Shown here: positions 9,421-18,981 of the stretch, in pieces
Layout: each line of letters starts with the position of its first letter
How positions within the stretch are numbered: position 1 is the first letter of the stretch
Position numbers and translations under genes: made by a program
Notes under the pieces: generated by a model
Seen by the model: only the letters and a program-made list of their open reading frames with translations
What the model was told of the DNA's origin: nothing
Database searches by the model: none
Assembly (NCBI GenBank): GCA_030668825.1
Contig: DAOVET010000020.1
Coordinates: 1-38,862 of the forward strand
From: Candidatus Heimdallarchaeota archaeon
GTDB taxonomy: Archaea; Asgardarchaeota; Heimdallarchaeia; Heimdallarchaeales; Heimdallarchaeaceae
DNA: 38,862 nt
Direction: 5' to 3'

Positions 9421-9463
9421 GGAAACTTTAAATAGGGCCCCTTTATAGTACTCATATAGGTGA
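9421..9463 (+). promoter_or_regulatory. Putative BRE/TATA promoter and RBS of thiR
   Basis: GGAAAC-TTTAAATA at 9421-9434; AGGTGA at 9458-9463, 4 nt before ATG 9468. Confidence 0.55.
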
Positions 9464-9467
9464 TTAA

Positions 9468-10379
9468 ATGAGATTTCCTTGTGAGTTTATTGCATCATCA
9501 TTTTTACCAAGTTTAAGAATAAGAGTGGCACATGAGTTGAGAGATAGAGGATTATCTCAAAATAGAATAGCAGAAATCTTAGGTGTTAAACAACCCGTAA
9601 TTGTTTCCTATTTACAAAAGGATATTTCAGAAATAGGCGATAAAAGAGTCAACCCTCATCTAGAAACTCTTTCAGCAGCTGTTTCAGAGATGCTCTTTTC
9701 AAAACAGTCACTAGATTATGTCATGAGAACAATTTGTACAAAGTGCAAATCTCTAAGGGTTAGTGGTCCCATTTGCTCTATTCACAAGCAAATGCTTCCA
9801 GAAATCAATAATATTCAGAATTGTAGCATATGTTCTGGATTTGATACTCTTCCAACTATTGCCTCAAGATCAATAATTCTCCAGAGTCTGAACGATACTT
9901 TAGAGGAAATGAAAAGTGTTAAAGACCTATATCAATGGATACCTGAAATTGGAGCTCAACTAGCTCACTGTGAAAGCGATGCTACTGATTTAGATGATGT
10001 AGCTAGCTTTCCAGGAAGAATAATTAAAGTGAAAGAACAGATTACGAATGTTAGTCCTCCTGAGTTCGGGTGTTCTAAAACTTCATCCCTTCTACTCCTT
10101 TGGATAAAAAAAAATCGTCCAGATATTCAATGGATTCTGAGCGTTAAAACAAAAGATGAACTAAAAGAGATCTTTCTCACAAAAAAGATCAAATTTATTG
10201 AAACAGAACATCTAGATATAGAAAAAAATCAAGTTCTTTCAGAGATAGAAAAGACCAATAGAATAATAGATGTGCAAGTCTTAATTGATAAAGCAAGTCC
10301 AGGCTTTGAATCAATTTCATATTTGTTTGCCCAAGATAAGAAGGAATTATTTGACCTTATTAGCATTCTACCAAAATAG
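9468..10379 (+). CDS. thiR: ThiR-type thiamine regulator (HTH, Cys/His cluster and ThiN-like domain)
   Basis: N-terminal 'PCE...LPSLR...GLSQNRIAEILGVKQ' HTH; CxxC...CxxH...CxxC; ThiN-like 'IPEIGAQLA...DVASFPGRI...PPEFG'; directly upstream of a thiamine ABC transporter. Confidence 0.8.
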   Translation: MRFPCEFIASSFLPSLRIRVAHELRDRGLSQNRIAEILGVKQPVIVSYLQKDISEIGDKRVNPHLETLSAAVSEMLFSKQSLDYVMRTICTKCKSLRVSGPICSIHKQMLPEINNIQNCSICSGFDTLPTIASRSIILQSLNDTLEEMKSVKDLYQWIPEIGAQLAHCESDATDLDDVASFPGRIIKVKEQITNVSPPEFGCSKTSSLLLLWIKKNRPDIQWILSVKTKDELKEIFLTKKIKFIETEHLDIEKNQVLSEIEKTNRIIDVQVLIDKASPGFESISYLFAQDKKELFDLISILPK

Positions 10380-10443
10380 TATAGCCCCTCTATATAGTGA
10401 CCCTAATATTTAAATTCTCTCTCACACGTGTTAGTATGATAAT

Positions 10444-11661
10444 ATGAGAAAGATCTTCACACTTTGTCTAGTTTTTATTATGCTTTTAACGTCTGTTAGC
10501 ATGGAATCCAAAGCTTTGAATCATGCTGTTGAAGATTATTCCTTAGTTATTTATACCTATGATTCTCTTCTTGCTGATCCTGGTTATGATTTCATTTCTG
10601 GATTCTCAAACTATAGCGGAATTCTTGAAGAGGATATACAAGTTATACTGTTATCTGATGCAAATTCAATAGTTACTCAAGCTGCTCTGGAAAAGGATAA
10701 TCCTGTAGCAGATGTTTTGATTGGGATAGATAATGTTCTAATATATACTGCAAAAGAAGAAGAGATTCTCCAACCTTATGATTCACCAGCACTGTCAAAC
10801 ATATCTCAAATTATTATAGATAATCTTGATTCTGAGAAATATGTCTTGCCTTATGATATGGGCATAATAGCCTTATGGCATTCAATAAACAGAATTAATA
10901 CAACAACTAATCCAGAGTTAGCTGATCTGACATTAGAAGATATATTAGATTATGATTTGGATAAGAAACTGGTTGTTCAGAATCCTAATTTTAGTTCACC
11001 CGGACTTGGTTTTTTACTATGGACAATAGCTGTATATGGGGATTCTAATATAGGTTTTGAAGGATTATTAGGTCAAAATTGGAGAGATTGGTGGAAAGAG
11101 GCTAAAAAGGACCTTAGAATAGTTTCAAGCTGGGGAGATGCATTTAGTATTTATTATACCGAAGAGGAAAATCGGCCAATGATGGTATCATATGGAACTA
11201 GTCCAGCTTATGATGTTTGTCACCCCATCTATGGTGTGGGTGAAGGTAACCCCCCACCTTCAGCAGCAATACTTTCTCATGAACAGAATCTTGAAAATGC
11301 TTGGTTACAAATTGAAGGAATAGGATTAGTGAATAATTCACCTCACCCTGATGCTGGTAAACAGTTTATTGATTGGTTCTTGAGTAAAGAATTGCAGGAT
11401 AATATCCCGCTAAATAACTGGATGTATCCCGTTCATAATAATGCAACAATATCCAGCTGTTTTATAGATAATTCAATTAATCCAGATGAAGTTGATATTC
11501 TTAATAATCTGATATCTGCAGAACTTTTAAAAGAAAATCTGGAGAGGTGGAAGCGTGATTGGAAGACTGAAGTAGCCCCCTTCAGTAATTTCCTGGGAAT
11601 TGTTCTATCAATATTAACCGCTTCAATTTCTTATGTTATAATTAAAAAACATAGAAACTGA
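10444..11661 (+). CDS. thiB: Thiamine ABC transporter substrate-binding protein
   Basis: 'LVIYTYDS', 'LEKDNPVADVLIGIDN', 'SSPGLGFLLWT', 'WGDAF', 'MVSYGTSPAY', 'LQIEG', 'NWMYPV'; signal peptide and C-terminal TM anchor. Confidence 0.92.
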   Translation: MRKIFTLCLVFIMLLTSVSMESKALNHAVEDYSLVIYTYDSLLADPGYDFISGFSNYSGILEEDIQVILLSDANSIVTQAALEKDNPVADVLIGIDNVLIYTAKEEEILQPYDSPALSNISQIIIDNLDSEKYVLPYDMGIIALWHSINRINTTTNPELADLTLEDILDYDLDKKLVVQNPNFSSPGLGFLLWTIAVYGDSNIGFEGLLGQNWRDWWKEAKKDLRIVSSWGDAFSIYYTEEENRPMMVSYGTSPAYDVCHPIYGVGEGNPPPSAAILSHEQNLENAWLQIEGIGLVNNSPHPDAGKQFIDWFLSKELQDNIPLNNWMYPVHNNATISSCFIDNSINPDEVDILNNLISAELLKENLERWKRDWKTEVAPFSNFLGIVLSILTASISYVIIKKHRN

Positions 11662-11676
11662 GAAGGCGGTAAACAG

Positions 11677-13422
11677 ATGCATAGATTTATTCAAAAGAAA
11701 GCTAGAAATTTTGAAGGATTATCAAATAAGTTCATTATTAGCTTGTCAATTATAGCATTAATTTCCTTTCTTTTAGCCTTCTTTTATATTCCAATAGTTA
11801 GAATTTTCCAGACAGCATTAAGTTCAGATTCTGGAAGTGGTTTTAAGGTTTTTTGGGAAACTCTGAGTGATCCTTTTAATCTAAAATTTCTGGGTTTTAC
11901 TTTACTCCAAGCGTCTTTATCGACAGTTCTGTGTTTATTAATTGGATTACCTGTTGGCTATTTCTTTGCCAAATATGAATTCAAGGGAAGAAAACTAATT
12001 GTCAATTTGCTCACTATACCTTTCGTTTTACCACCAGTTATTGTATTAATTGGATTTACAGTTACATATGGTCAAGGAGGATGGGTAAATCTGCTCTGGC
12101 AGAATATAACGAATTCTAGCAATGTTCTAATCACTATTGACGGAACGGTACAAGGGATAGTTCTCGCACATGTTTTTTACAATCTTTCTGTAATTATAAG
12201 ACTAACAATTCCTGCTTGGCGAAATATAGATAATGAGCAAATTGAAGTTTCATCAACTCTTGGGGTTGGGAAAGGAAAAACCTTCCAAAAGATAGTTTTT
12301 CCACAAATAAAAAATGCAATTATATCCTCATCATTATTAGTATTCATTTATACTTTCAATAGTTTTGCAATCGTAATGAAGCTAGGAAATTTCAACTTTT
12401 ATACGCTTGAAGTATTGATTTATGAATCATTTGATCTGTTAAAATTTTCAGAAGGAGCTTCTCTTGCTGTGATTCAATTAGTTATTAACAGTCTTGTAAT
12501 AATTCTTTATTTGGTTGTTGAACGTAAGTCAAGAAAAATGGCAGAAGGTAAAGAAAAGGGTCTTAAAACAGCAAGACTTTCTTTTAAAGGAAAAGACTGG
12601 AAAAGTACAGTTAGTTTATCTCTTGCCATAGTTTTTGTTTTTATTGTGATTCTCTTTTCATTTGCTCCGATTATAGCTATCATTGTGAAATCATTTATTC
12701 CAAAATCTCCTGGTGATTCCCCATTTTGGGGATATTCACAAATTTTTACTCAGCAGAAAATAACTCCTCTCAATACGAACACGATTAGGCTTTTTGGAAA
12801 TACCTTACTGTTTGCTACCGTAGCAGCTGTAATAAGCCTGATACTCTCTGTGTTGATAGTATTTGTACTTAGAAATAGATATCAAAGTATCAAAAAATAC
12901 CAAAGATCAATTTCAGAAAGCTTAGTTTCTTATCTCATAATTCTCCCAATGGCAACATCATCGATAACTTTGGGTTTAGGACTTTATCTTAATTTTAGCG
13001 GATTGAGCTCATATTATAATTCCGTCTGGATTTTCATAATAATGTCTCATGTTCTGATCAGCATACCGTTCGTAACGAGATCAATTTTAGTTGCATATAA
13101 TCGAATTGATGTTGAATTATTGAATGTTGCTTCATCATTAGGAGCTTCTAGAGTGATGGTTTTTAGAAAAATAGAGTTTCCACTGATAAAAAGAGGAATT
13201 ATTGTAGGAGGAATTTTTTCTTTTGCGATTAGTTTAGGAGAATTTGGTGCCACTTATCTTCTAGCAAGAGCTAATTATGAAACATTATCAATAGGTATAT
13301 ACAATCTTTTAGGTTCTCAAACACTACAAATTTCAACTGCAATGGCAAGTGTTCTAGTATTGATTACAGCTTTATGTTTCTATTTGATAAACAAATTTGG
13401 AGATATTGAATTGAAGGTGTAG
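11677..13422 (+). CDS. thiP: Thiamine ABC transporter permease (two fused TM domains)
   Basis: 'FTLLQASLST', 'PFVLPP', 'LAHVFYN', two EAA-like loops, 'FAISLGEFGAT'. Confidence 0.92.
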   Translation: MHRFIQKKARNFEGLSNKFIISLSIIALISFLLAFFYIPIVRIFQTALSSDSGSGFKVFWETLSDPFNLKFLGFTLLQASLSTVLCLLIGLPVGYFFAKYEFKGRKLIVNLLTIPFVLPPVIVLIGFTVTYGQGGWVNLLWQNITNSSNVLITIDGTVQGIVLAHVFYNLSVIIRLTIPAWRNIDNEQIEVSSTLGVGKGKTFQKIVFPQIKNAIISSSLLVFIYTFNSFAIVMKLGNFNFYTLEVLIYESFDLLKFSEGASLAVIQLVINSLVIILYLVVERKSRKMAEGKEKGLKTARLSFKGKDWKSTVSLSLAIVFVFIVILFSFAPIIAIIVKSFIPKSPGDSPFWGYSQIFTQQKITPLNTNTIRLFGNTLLFATVAAVISLILSVLIVFVLRNRYQSIKKYQRSISESLVSYLIILPMATSSITLGLGLYLNFSGLSSYYNSVWIFIIMSHVLISIPFVTRSILVAYNRIDVELLNVASSLGASRVMVFRKIEFPLIKRGIIVGGIFSFAISLGEFGATYLLARANYETLSIGIYNLLGSQTLQISTAMASVLVLITALCFYLINKFGDIELKV

Positions 13423-13424
13423 AG

Positions 13425-14495
13425 ATGGTTAATGTAAAAATAAATAATTTATCTATGAAATACGAAAAAAAACTAATAATCGAAAATTTTGAACTCGAAA
13501 TTCTAGATGGAGAATTATTGGTTCTTCTAGGAGCAAGCGGTTGTGGTAAAACGAGTTTATTGAAGATTATTGCAGGTATAATAGATCCAGAAGAAGGAAC
13601 AGTTATTTTTGATAAAGAAGATATCACAAAATATACACCTCAAAAGAGAAAAGTAGGGTATGTTCCCCAAGCGCAAGTTCTTTTTCCACATATGAAGGTT
13701 GAGCAGAATATCTCCTTTGGTTTAGAAGCTCATAAATTGTCTAAAGAAGAGATAAAAGAGAGAATCAAATGGATCGCAGAGATCACACAAATTCAAGATT
13801 TATTGAACAGATTTCCAAGTGAAATTAGTGGAGGACAAAAACAAAGGGTAGCTTTAGCCCGAGCATTAGCTATTAAACCAAGTTTATTGCTTCTTGATGA
13901 ACCATTATCAAGTATTGATGCTTCTGGTAGAGAATCCCTAGCTTTAACGATAAGAAGAATACAAAAGGAGACAGGGATTACAACACTCTATGTTACTCAT
14001 AATCAGGAAGAGAGTAGATTAATCAGCGATAGAGTGGCTCTAATGTATGACGGAAAGATTCAACAAATAGGAAGTGTAATAGAGGTAGATAGAACTCCTA
14101 GAAATTATCTAATAGCCAAGATTATGGGCTCTTCAAATGTTTGGCCAGTAGAGTTTCTAGAAACTAAAAATGGTAATTCCTTGGTTTCAACTCCTGTTGG
14201 TTTAATCACCCTTCCTTATGAAATTAAAAGAAAAATAACTGGAATAAGAATCCCTCCTTCTTCTTTTAAAATTGTATATGATCTTTCTGAAGATGACAAA
14301 GTGATAGAATTTATTGGAAGGATTAAATCTATTATAGAAAAGGATGAAGAAAATTTCAGGATTGTAGTTGATCTTAAGGATGCTCATCTCGAATACTTCA
14401 AGGTTGATTGCAAGAAAGAAATGCTTAATATAGAGTCTGCAACAAATAAAGAAATACAACTACATGTTCTCCCATCTGAGGTTATTCTAATTTGA
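13425..14495 (+). CDS. thiQ: ABC transporter ATP-binding subunit (ThiQ role)
   Basis: Walker A GASGCGKT, signature ISGGQKQR, Walker B LLLDEP, H-loop VTH; symbol assigned from operon context. Confidence 0.85.
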   Translation: MVNVKINNLSMKYEKKLIIENFELEILDGELLVLLGASGCGKTSLLKIIAGIIDPEEGTVIFDKEDITKYTPQKRKVGYVPQAQVLFPHMKVEQNISFGLEAHKLSKEEIKERIKWIAEITQIQDLLNRFPSEISGGQKQRVALARALAIKPSLLLLDEPLSSIDASGRESLALTIRRIQKETGITTLYVTHNQEESRLISDRVALMYDGKIQQIGSVIEVDRTPRNYLIAKIMGSSNVWPVEFLETKNGNSLVSTPVGLITLPYEIKRKITGIRIPPSSFKIVYDLSEDDKVIEFIGRIKSIIEKDEENFRIVVDLKDAHLEYFKVDCKKEMLNIESATNKEIQLHVLPSEVILI

Positions 14496-15307
14496 TTTCT
14501 GAAAATCTGAAAACTGATATAGAAATAGCAATCATTGAACAGTTTAAGAATTATCAACAGTTCAGCTGGCAACCTATTGAAAAAGGTTATACGAATGAAA
14601 AATATCTGATTTCAGGGAATGAACAAGAGCCTTTAGCTGTCTGCAAAATATTCTCTAAAAATGATATTTACCAGTCTGAATCAAGATTTGAACGAGAAAA
14701 GCACGCCCTAGAACTATTTGGTGGTGACATTGCTCCAAAGATAATCTGGGAGAATAAATCTGGGATTTTAGTTTGTGAATATTTATTGGGACAGGAGCTT
14801 CACTTAGTCGACTATAACCTAATAGATCCTTCTGAAATAACTAGTGTTATTGAGAAAATTCACCAAAAATCAAAAGAAAAAAGGAATGCAATTAAAGAAG
14901 ATGTAATAGAATATTACACAAAAATTGCTAAACTTTTTGAGTCTTCAAAAGATAACTATCCTCCAAAGCTAGTTGAAAAACTGAAGAAGTTAACCAATCA
15001 ACAAGTAGAGATTTTAGATGAGTACTCTGAACATTTAACTCACGTTCATGGAGATCTAATACCTCCTAATTTCATTGTAAATGAAGGCAAAATCAAACTT
15101 CTAGATTGGGAATTTTCAAGACCGGAGCTCACATTTTTTGATTTTCAGTATTTCAATTATTATGCTAAAGCACATGATATCCCAGTTAGGTTGAATACTA
15201 AATTTGAGATTAAAAACTTCTATTCTGATATTGTTGATGTTCTTGAACGACTTTGGCGACATGGGTATTTAAAGAAGCATAAAAGTACCTTCTATCACAT
15301 TGATTAA
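14492..15307 (+). CDS. Choline/aminoglycoside-phosphotransferase-fold kinase, candidate thiamine kinase
   Basis: 'KGYTNEKY' loop, Brenner motif 'HGDLIPPNF', 'LLDWEFS'; TTG start overlaps the ATPase stop (TTGA). Confidence 0.8.
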   Translation: MISENLKTDIEIAIIEQFKNYQQFSWQPIEKGYTNEKYLISGNEQEPLAVCKIFSKNDIYQSESRFEREKHALELFGGDIAPKIIWENKSGILVCEYLLGQELHLVDYNLIDPSEITSVIEKIHQKSKEKRNAIKEDVIEYYTKIAKLFESSKDNYPPKLVEKLKKLTNQQVEILDEYSEHLTHVHGDLIPPNFIVNEGKIKLLDWEFSRPELTFFDFQYFNYYAKAHDIPVRLNTKFEIKNFYSDIVDVLERLWRHGYLKKHKSTFYHID

Positions 15308-15378
15308 CACTAAATCAGCAAATAATAGTGTCTGTAAAGTACTAAGAAGTTGAAGTAGTTTCTGATTTTATAGGAAAT

Positions 15379-16017
15379 ATGTTGTATTTTAGAATAATAT
15401 ATAAACAAGGAAATCCTATGTATACAATATTATATCCACTTGAGAGGATTATTATGAGTGATGAAGATAGACCAAATAAGCTGGTTTTTCAATTTGATAC
15501 AAATGATATTCTTGCTATTGTTGGGAAATGGTTTGAATCTAAGATGATTCATTATAGTGATGAGATGTTCAGCGATTACTATGAACAAGTCAAGCGAAAA
15601 CTTCTGACAAGTGAAAGCTTCAATGACTATCTCTTACTTAGGGTAAATGAGCTAATATTCAAAATGTTGGGAGACTACCATGGGAAGAAAAAAGAGACTT
15701 ACAAAGATGTAGCAGAGGAAGAAGATGAACTGGTCCCTCAATGGTTCTTGACAGAAAGATATAATGAAATTCAAGAAATGTTTTCATCAAAATTCTTCAA
15801 ACATTCATTTACAGAAGTCGACATCGAGTATGATAGTGCGATGAAAATATTCAATGCAACCCTTCATTTAGAGAAGGAAATTGATAGTAGTAGCTATGAA
15901 ATTCTTTTGAACGATGTTCGTTCATATCTAAAAAATAGAATAACCTTATTGAATTTCAATCATGGAAAAGTTCTAGGTCCTAATATTCTAGAGATTACTT
16001 TTGGAATTGATTGGTAA
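15379..16017 (+). CDS. Hypothetical acidic soluble protein; likely start ATG 15454
   Basis: Long ORF with host-like composition; GAGAGG upstream of ATG 15454; no family recognised. Confidence 0.7.
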   Translation: MLYFRIIYKQGNPMYTILYPLERIIMSDEDRPNKLVFQFDTNDILAIVGKWFESKMIHYSDEMFSDYYEQVKRKLLTSESFNDYLLLRVNELIFKMLGDYHGKKKETYKDVAEEEDELVPQWFLTERYNEIQEMFSSKFFKHSFTEVDIEYDSAMKIFNATLHLEKEIDSSSYEILLNDVRSYLKNRITLLNFNHGKVLGPNILEITFGIDW

Positions 16018-16022
16018 TTTAG

Positions 16023-17099
16023 CTACGTTTCCATGAAGTTATTAGGTTTTTTTTCCGTTTCTTTAGCGTTGATGAATGATAATGTTGATACTGTGACTAG
16101 TAAAATAATAGCTCCTGCACCTTGGAACCAATTAAGAGTTGCTCCTAGGAAGATAAAATTTACTAAAATAGCCAACAAAGGAAAAGCTAATTCTGCTAAA
16201 CCAGCAATAGTTGCTTTTGATCTTCTAAGACCGTAATAATATAAGGCTAAAGGTAATATTCCTCCAGTAAATATAGTTGAGAAAAGGATACATACAATCA
16301 TAGGCCATTGCCAACTCCAGGGTCCAAAAACACTTACAGATTGACCGAGCATGCTATAGTAATCTTTGTTATAAGTAAACAAAGCTATATTGAAGACTAG
16401 TAGAAATAGAAATCCTCCGACATAACGGAGCAAGGTCAGATCCCAATAATCTACTTTCTTTGTCAAGATTCTACCAAAAACTGTTGAACCTCCCCAAAGG
16501 GTTGCTGCTATTAAGGAACACAAAATAGCTATTAGGCCAGTATAATCGAAGGTTTGTGTACTTTTTATTATATCTGGAGTTACAATTAGTCCTATTCCAA
16601 CTAAAGATAAAACTAAAGCTCCCCAAAACCATTTGGTTGGTCTTTCTTTAAGTATAAAATATGCAAAAATAAAAGTAATCAATGGTTGAGCCTTTTGTAA
16701 CAAAATAGCTATTGTAGGATTGCCTAAAGCGAATGAAATTAAGAAGAAAAACAAACCAAGTGCTGATCCTCCAACAGAGATGAAAATAACAGAAAACCAT
16801 TCAAGCTTAGTAAAACTCTTTATAGTTTCTTTCAGCTTCCCAAATCCACGTGTGAAGAGTAATATTGGAAACAAAATAAATAATCCCAAGAAATGCTCTA
16901 TAAGTGTTACAAATGATGACATTCTTGGGAAAGCCATGGTCCCTTTTATTCCTGTAGTTCCGAGGAAAGGAGCTCTAAAGAGAACAGGATATCTTACTGG
17001 TGCATCAAAAGCTCTAGCTGCATTAGCTAAAGATACCATCGCTGGTCCAAATTTTTTTAATACTGGTTCATCAGTTTTTGACATTCGTTTACAGCTCAA
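16023..17099 (-). CDS. EamA/DMT-family transporter; likely start ATG 17084
   Basis: About 10 TM helices in two repeats; 'LLQKAQPLITFIFAYFILKER', 'AATLWGGSTVFGR', 'YYYGLRRSKATIAGLAELAFP'. Confidence 0.9.
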   Translation of the reverse strand: MSCKRMSKTDEPVLKKFGPAMVSLANAARAFDAPVRYPVLFRAPFLGTTGIKGTMAFPRMSSFVTLIEHFLGLFILFPILLFTRGFGKLKETIKSFTKLEWFSVIFISVGGSALGLFFFLISFALGNPTIAILLQKAQPLITFIFAYFILKERPTKWFWGALVLSLVGIGLIVTPDIIKSTQTFDYTGLIAILCSLIAATLWGGSTVFGRILTKKVDYWDLTLLRYVGGFLFLLVFNIALFTYNKDYYSMLGQSVSVFGPWSWQWPMIVCILFSTIFTGGILPLALYYYGLRRSKATIAGLAELAFPLLAILVNFIFLGATLNWFQGAGAIILLVTVSTLSFINAKETEKKPNNFMET

Positions 17100-17192
17100 T
17101 TATCAAATAATGTATTTAAGACAAAAAAAGAAACTAGCATCTCATTTTTAAGTTTTGTTTTCCATATATGAGTAGTGAAACCTTGTTTGCTT

Positions 17193-18917
17193 TTATTGAA
17201 CTATGATTTTCTCATATATTTCCTGATACATAAAAGCTAATGATTCTGTTGTTAGTTCCTTTTCAAACATTCTTCGCATCCTATTTTCAGGTTTTCTTCT
17301 TTTGATTAGTTTGACAATTCTAACATAGAGAGATTTCCAAAATGGCCAAAGAGTAACAAGTTTAATCAAGAATAATAGGAATTTAATAAAATATTTACCA
17401 AATGCTAGAAAGAATTTCTTGAAACTAAAATCCAGATCTTCTTTGAAACTAAATTCTTTACCTTTTTGTTTTACTGACTGATATGTTTCTATTAAATTCT
17501 CTTTAATTTCAGAATACCTTTTTCCGATGTATTTATGAATCTGAATGGTACCTTTAGAGAAAATAGTTTTTACCAAAGTAAAAAGCAAGTGTTTAATGTA
17601 TAGTAAAACAGCTAGAATAATAAGTAGAAAAGGCATTAAAATGGCAAATATAGACACTCCAATAGCTTTTAAGATAACAACAAATTTTGGCAGAGGTCTG
17701 TAGATATCTTCAAGATATTGTTCAGCTCCAAGAGCTAAGGAAATGGCAAGTTTATTGGATTCTATATCTGCCATAATTTGATTATATTTTTCTTCTTGCT
17801 GCTCAATTCCTTTTAATGCTCCTGTTATAAGAATTGATTTAATAGTTTCTTCTTTAAGTCCCTCTTTCTTTCTTTTTCTGTTTAGGGTATAGAATGCTTC
17901 TTCAGCTTCCTCAACTGTTAACTTATTTCTCATTGCAAATCTTTCTAAAGCTTCATTTCTTCTCCATGGGAGAATTGACTCTTCCTTAGCCCAAATTAGT
18001 AAAGCGAAGGTTCTGGATGTAGAATCTTTTACTTTCGCTAAATCAAATTCTGTTAAAGGTATATCGATTTTCTTGAGAAGTTTTTCAAGCTCTTTTTTTG
18101 ATCTCTCAGGAACATTTTTAGTATCTAGGGATAACAAACCTTCGACTTTTTCCTTCACTAAATCTAGCTCTTCTTTAACTTCAAGCTTGAATTCATCAAA
18201 AGTTTCACTAGAAATTGGTGGTGAAGCAAGAAAAGAAAAGGAGGATCTTGCTGCATAATAAGGAAGGGCAAAAATATTTTCTAGATCTTGGTAGATTGAA
18301 GCCCATCTGTAAGCTCCCATCTTCAATAGATATTTACTTGAGCTGTGAAAAACAACATAAATAGGTCCAAATAAGGTTACTACCCAGGAAATTAAGAGCA
18401 TTAATGTACCTAATAACATAATGCTTACTACGGGAGGTAAATAATTATTAAGATATCCTACCAATCCTTTTCCCCAGATAATTGTAGGGATTAGAACTAA
18501 AATAATAGGCGATATTCCCATGCTCATTGCTTGACCGATAGTTCTACGTAAAGGATAAGCTTTCATAACTTTCTGGCCTCTTAATTCAAGTTCATCAAGC
18601 TCATTTGCAACTTCGGATATCTCTTTTGATTTCTTGCCTGCCATTATTTCAGATATTGGAAGAGTGATTTTTCTCATCATATTGAAGAAAGGAACATATT
18701 CTCGTAATGCTTTTGGTATAAAAATATCAAAAATTATCAACGCAAATTTTGCACCAACAGAAATCAAAGCTATAAAGAAGGCAACAACTGAAAATGAAAT
18801 CTTTCTGTCTTTAGATTCCTCTTTCACATCCACTTTATCTGCTTCTTTTCCTTTGATAGTTTCTTCTTGTTCTTCCACACTTTCCTTTGAATCACCCATA
18901 ATTTCTGAAGAAGCCAT
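17193..18917 (-). CDS. Uncharacterised membrane protein, paralog A of a three-member family
   Basis: 574 aa; shares many motifs with 18982..20991 and 36860..38575 (KAYP, FGPIY, GAYxW, LENxFxLPY, SFSF, KExxxxPW, MYxEI). Confidence 0.85.
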   Translation of the reverse strand: MASSEIMGDSKESVEEQEETIKGKEADKVDVKEESKDRKISFSVVAFFIALISVGAKFALIIFDIFIPKALREYVPFFNMMRKITLPISEIMAGKKSKEISEVANELDELELRGQKVMKAYPLRRTIGQAMSMGISPIILVLIPTIIWGKGLVGYLNNYLPPVVSIMLLGTLMLLISWVVTLFGPIYVVFHSSSKYLLKMGAYRWASIYQDLENIFALPYYAARSSFSFLASPPISSETFDEFKLEVKEELDLVKEKVEGLLSLDTKNVPERSKKELEKLLKKIDIPLTEFDLAKVKDSTSRTFALLIWAKEESILPWRRNEALERFAMRNKLTVEEAEEAFYTLNRKRKKEGLKEETIKSILITGALKGIEQQEEKYNQIMADIESNKLAISLALGAEQYLEDIYRPLPKFVVILKAIGVSIFAILMPFLLIILAVLLYIKHLLFTLVKTIFSKGTIQIHKYIGKRYSEIKENLIETYQSVKQKGKEFSFKEDLDFSFKKFFLAFGKYFIKFLLFLIKLVTLWPFWKSLYVRIVKLIKRRKPENRMRRMFEKELTTESLAFMYQEIYEKIIVQ

Positions 18918-18981
18918 TGTTATTACAATAACATATACAAATTTTAAAGTTGTGAAACTATCAATTGAAAGAAGAATTATT

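Noticed and set aside
10380-10443. TPP riboswitch upstream of thiB
   Set aside because: Gap is only 64 nt and lacks the CTGAGA core motif.
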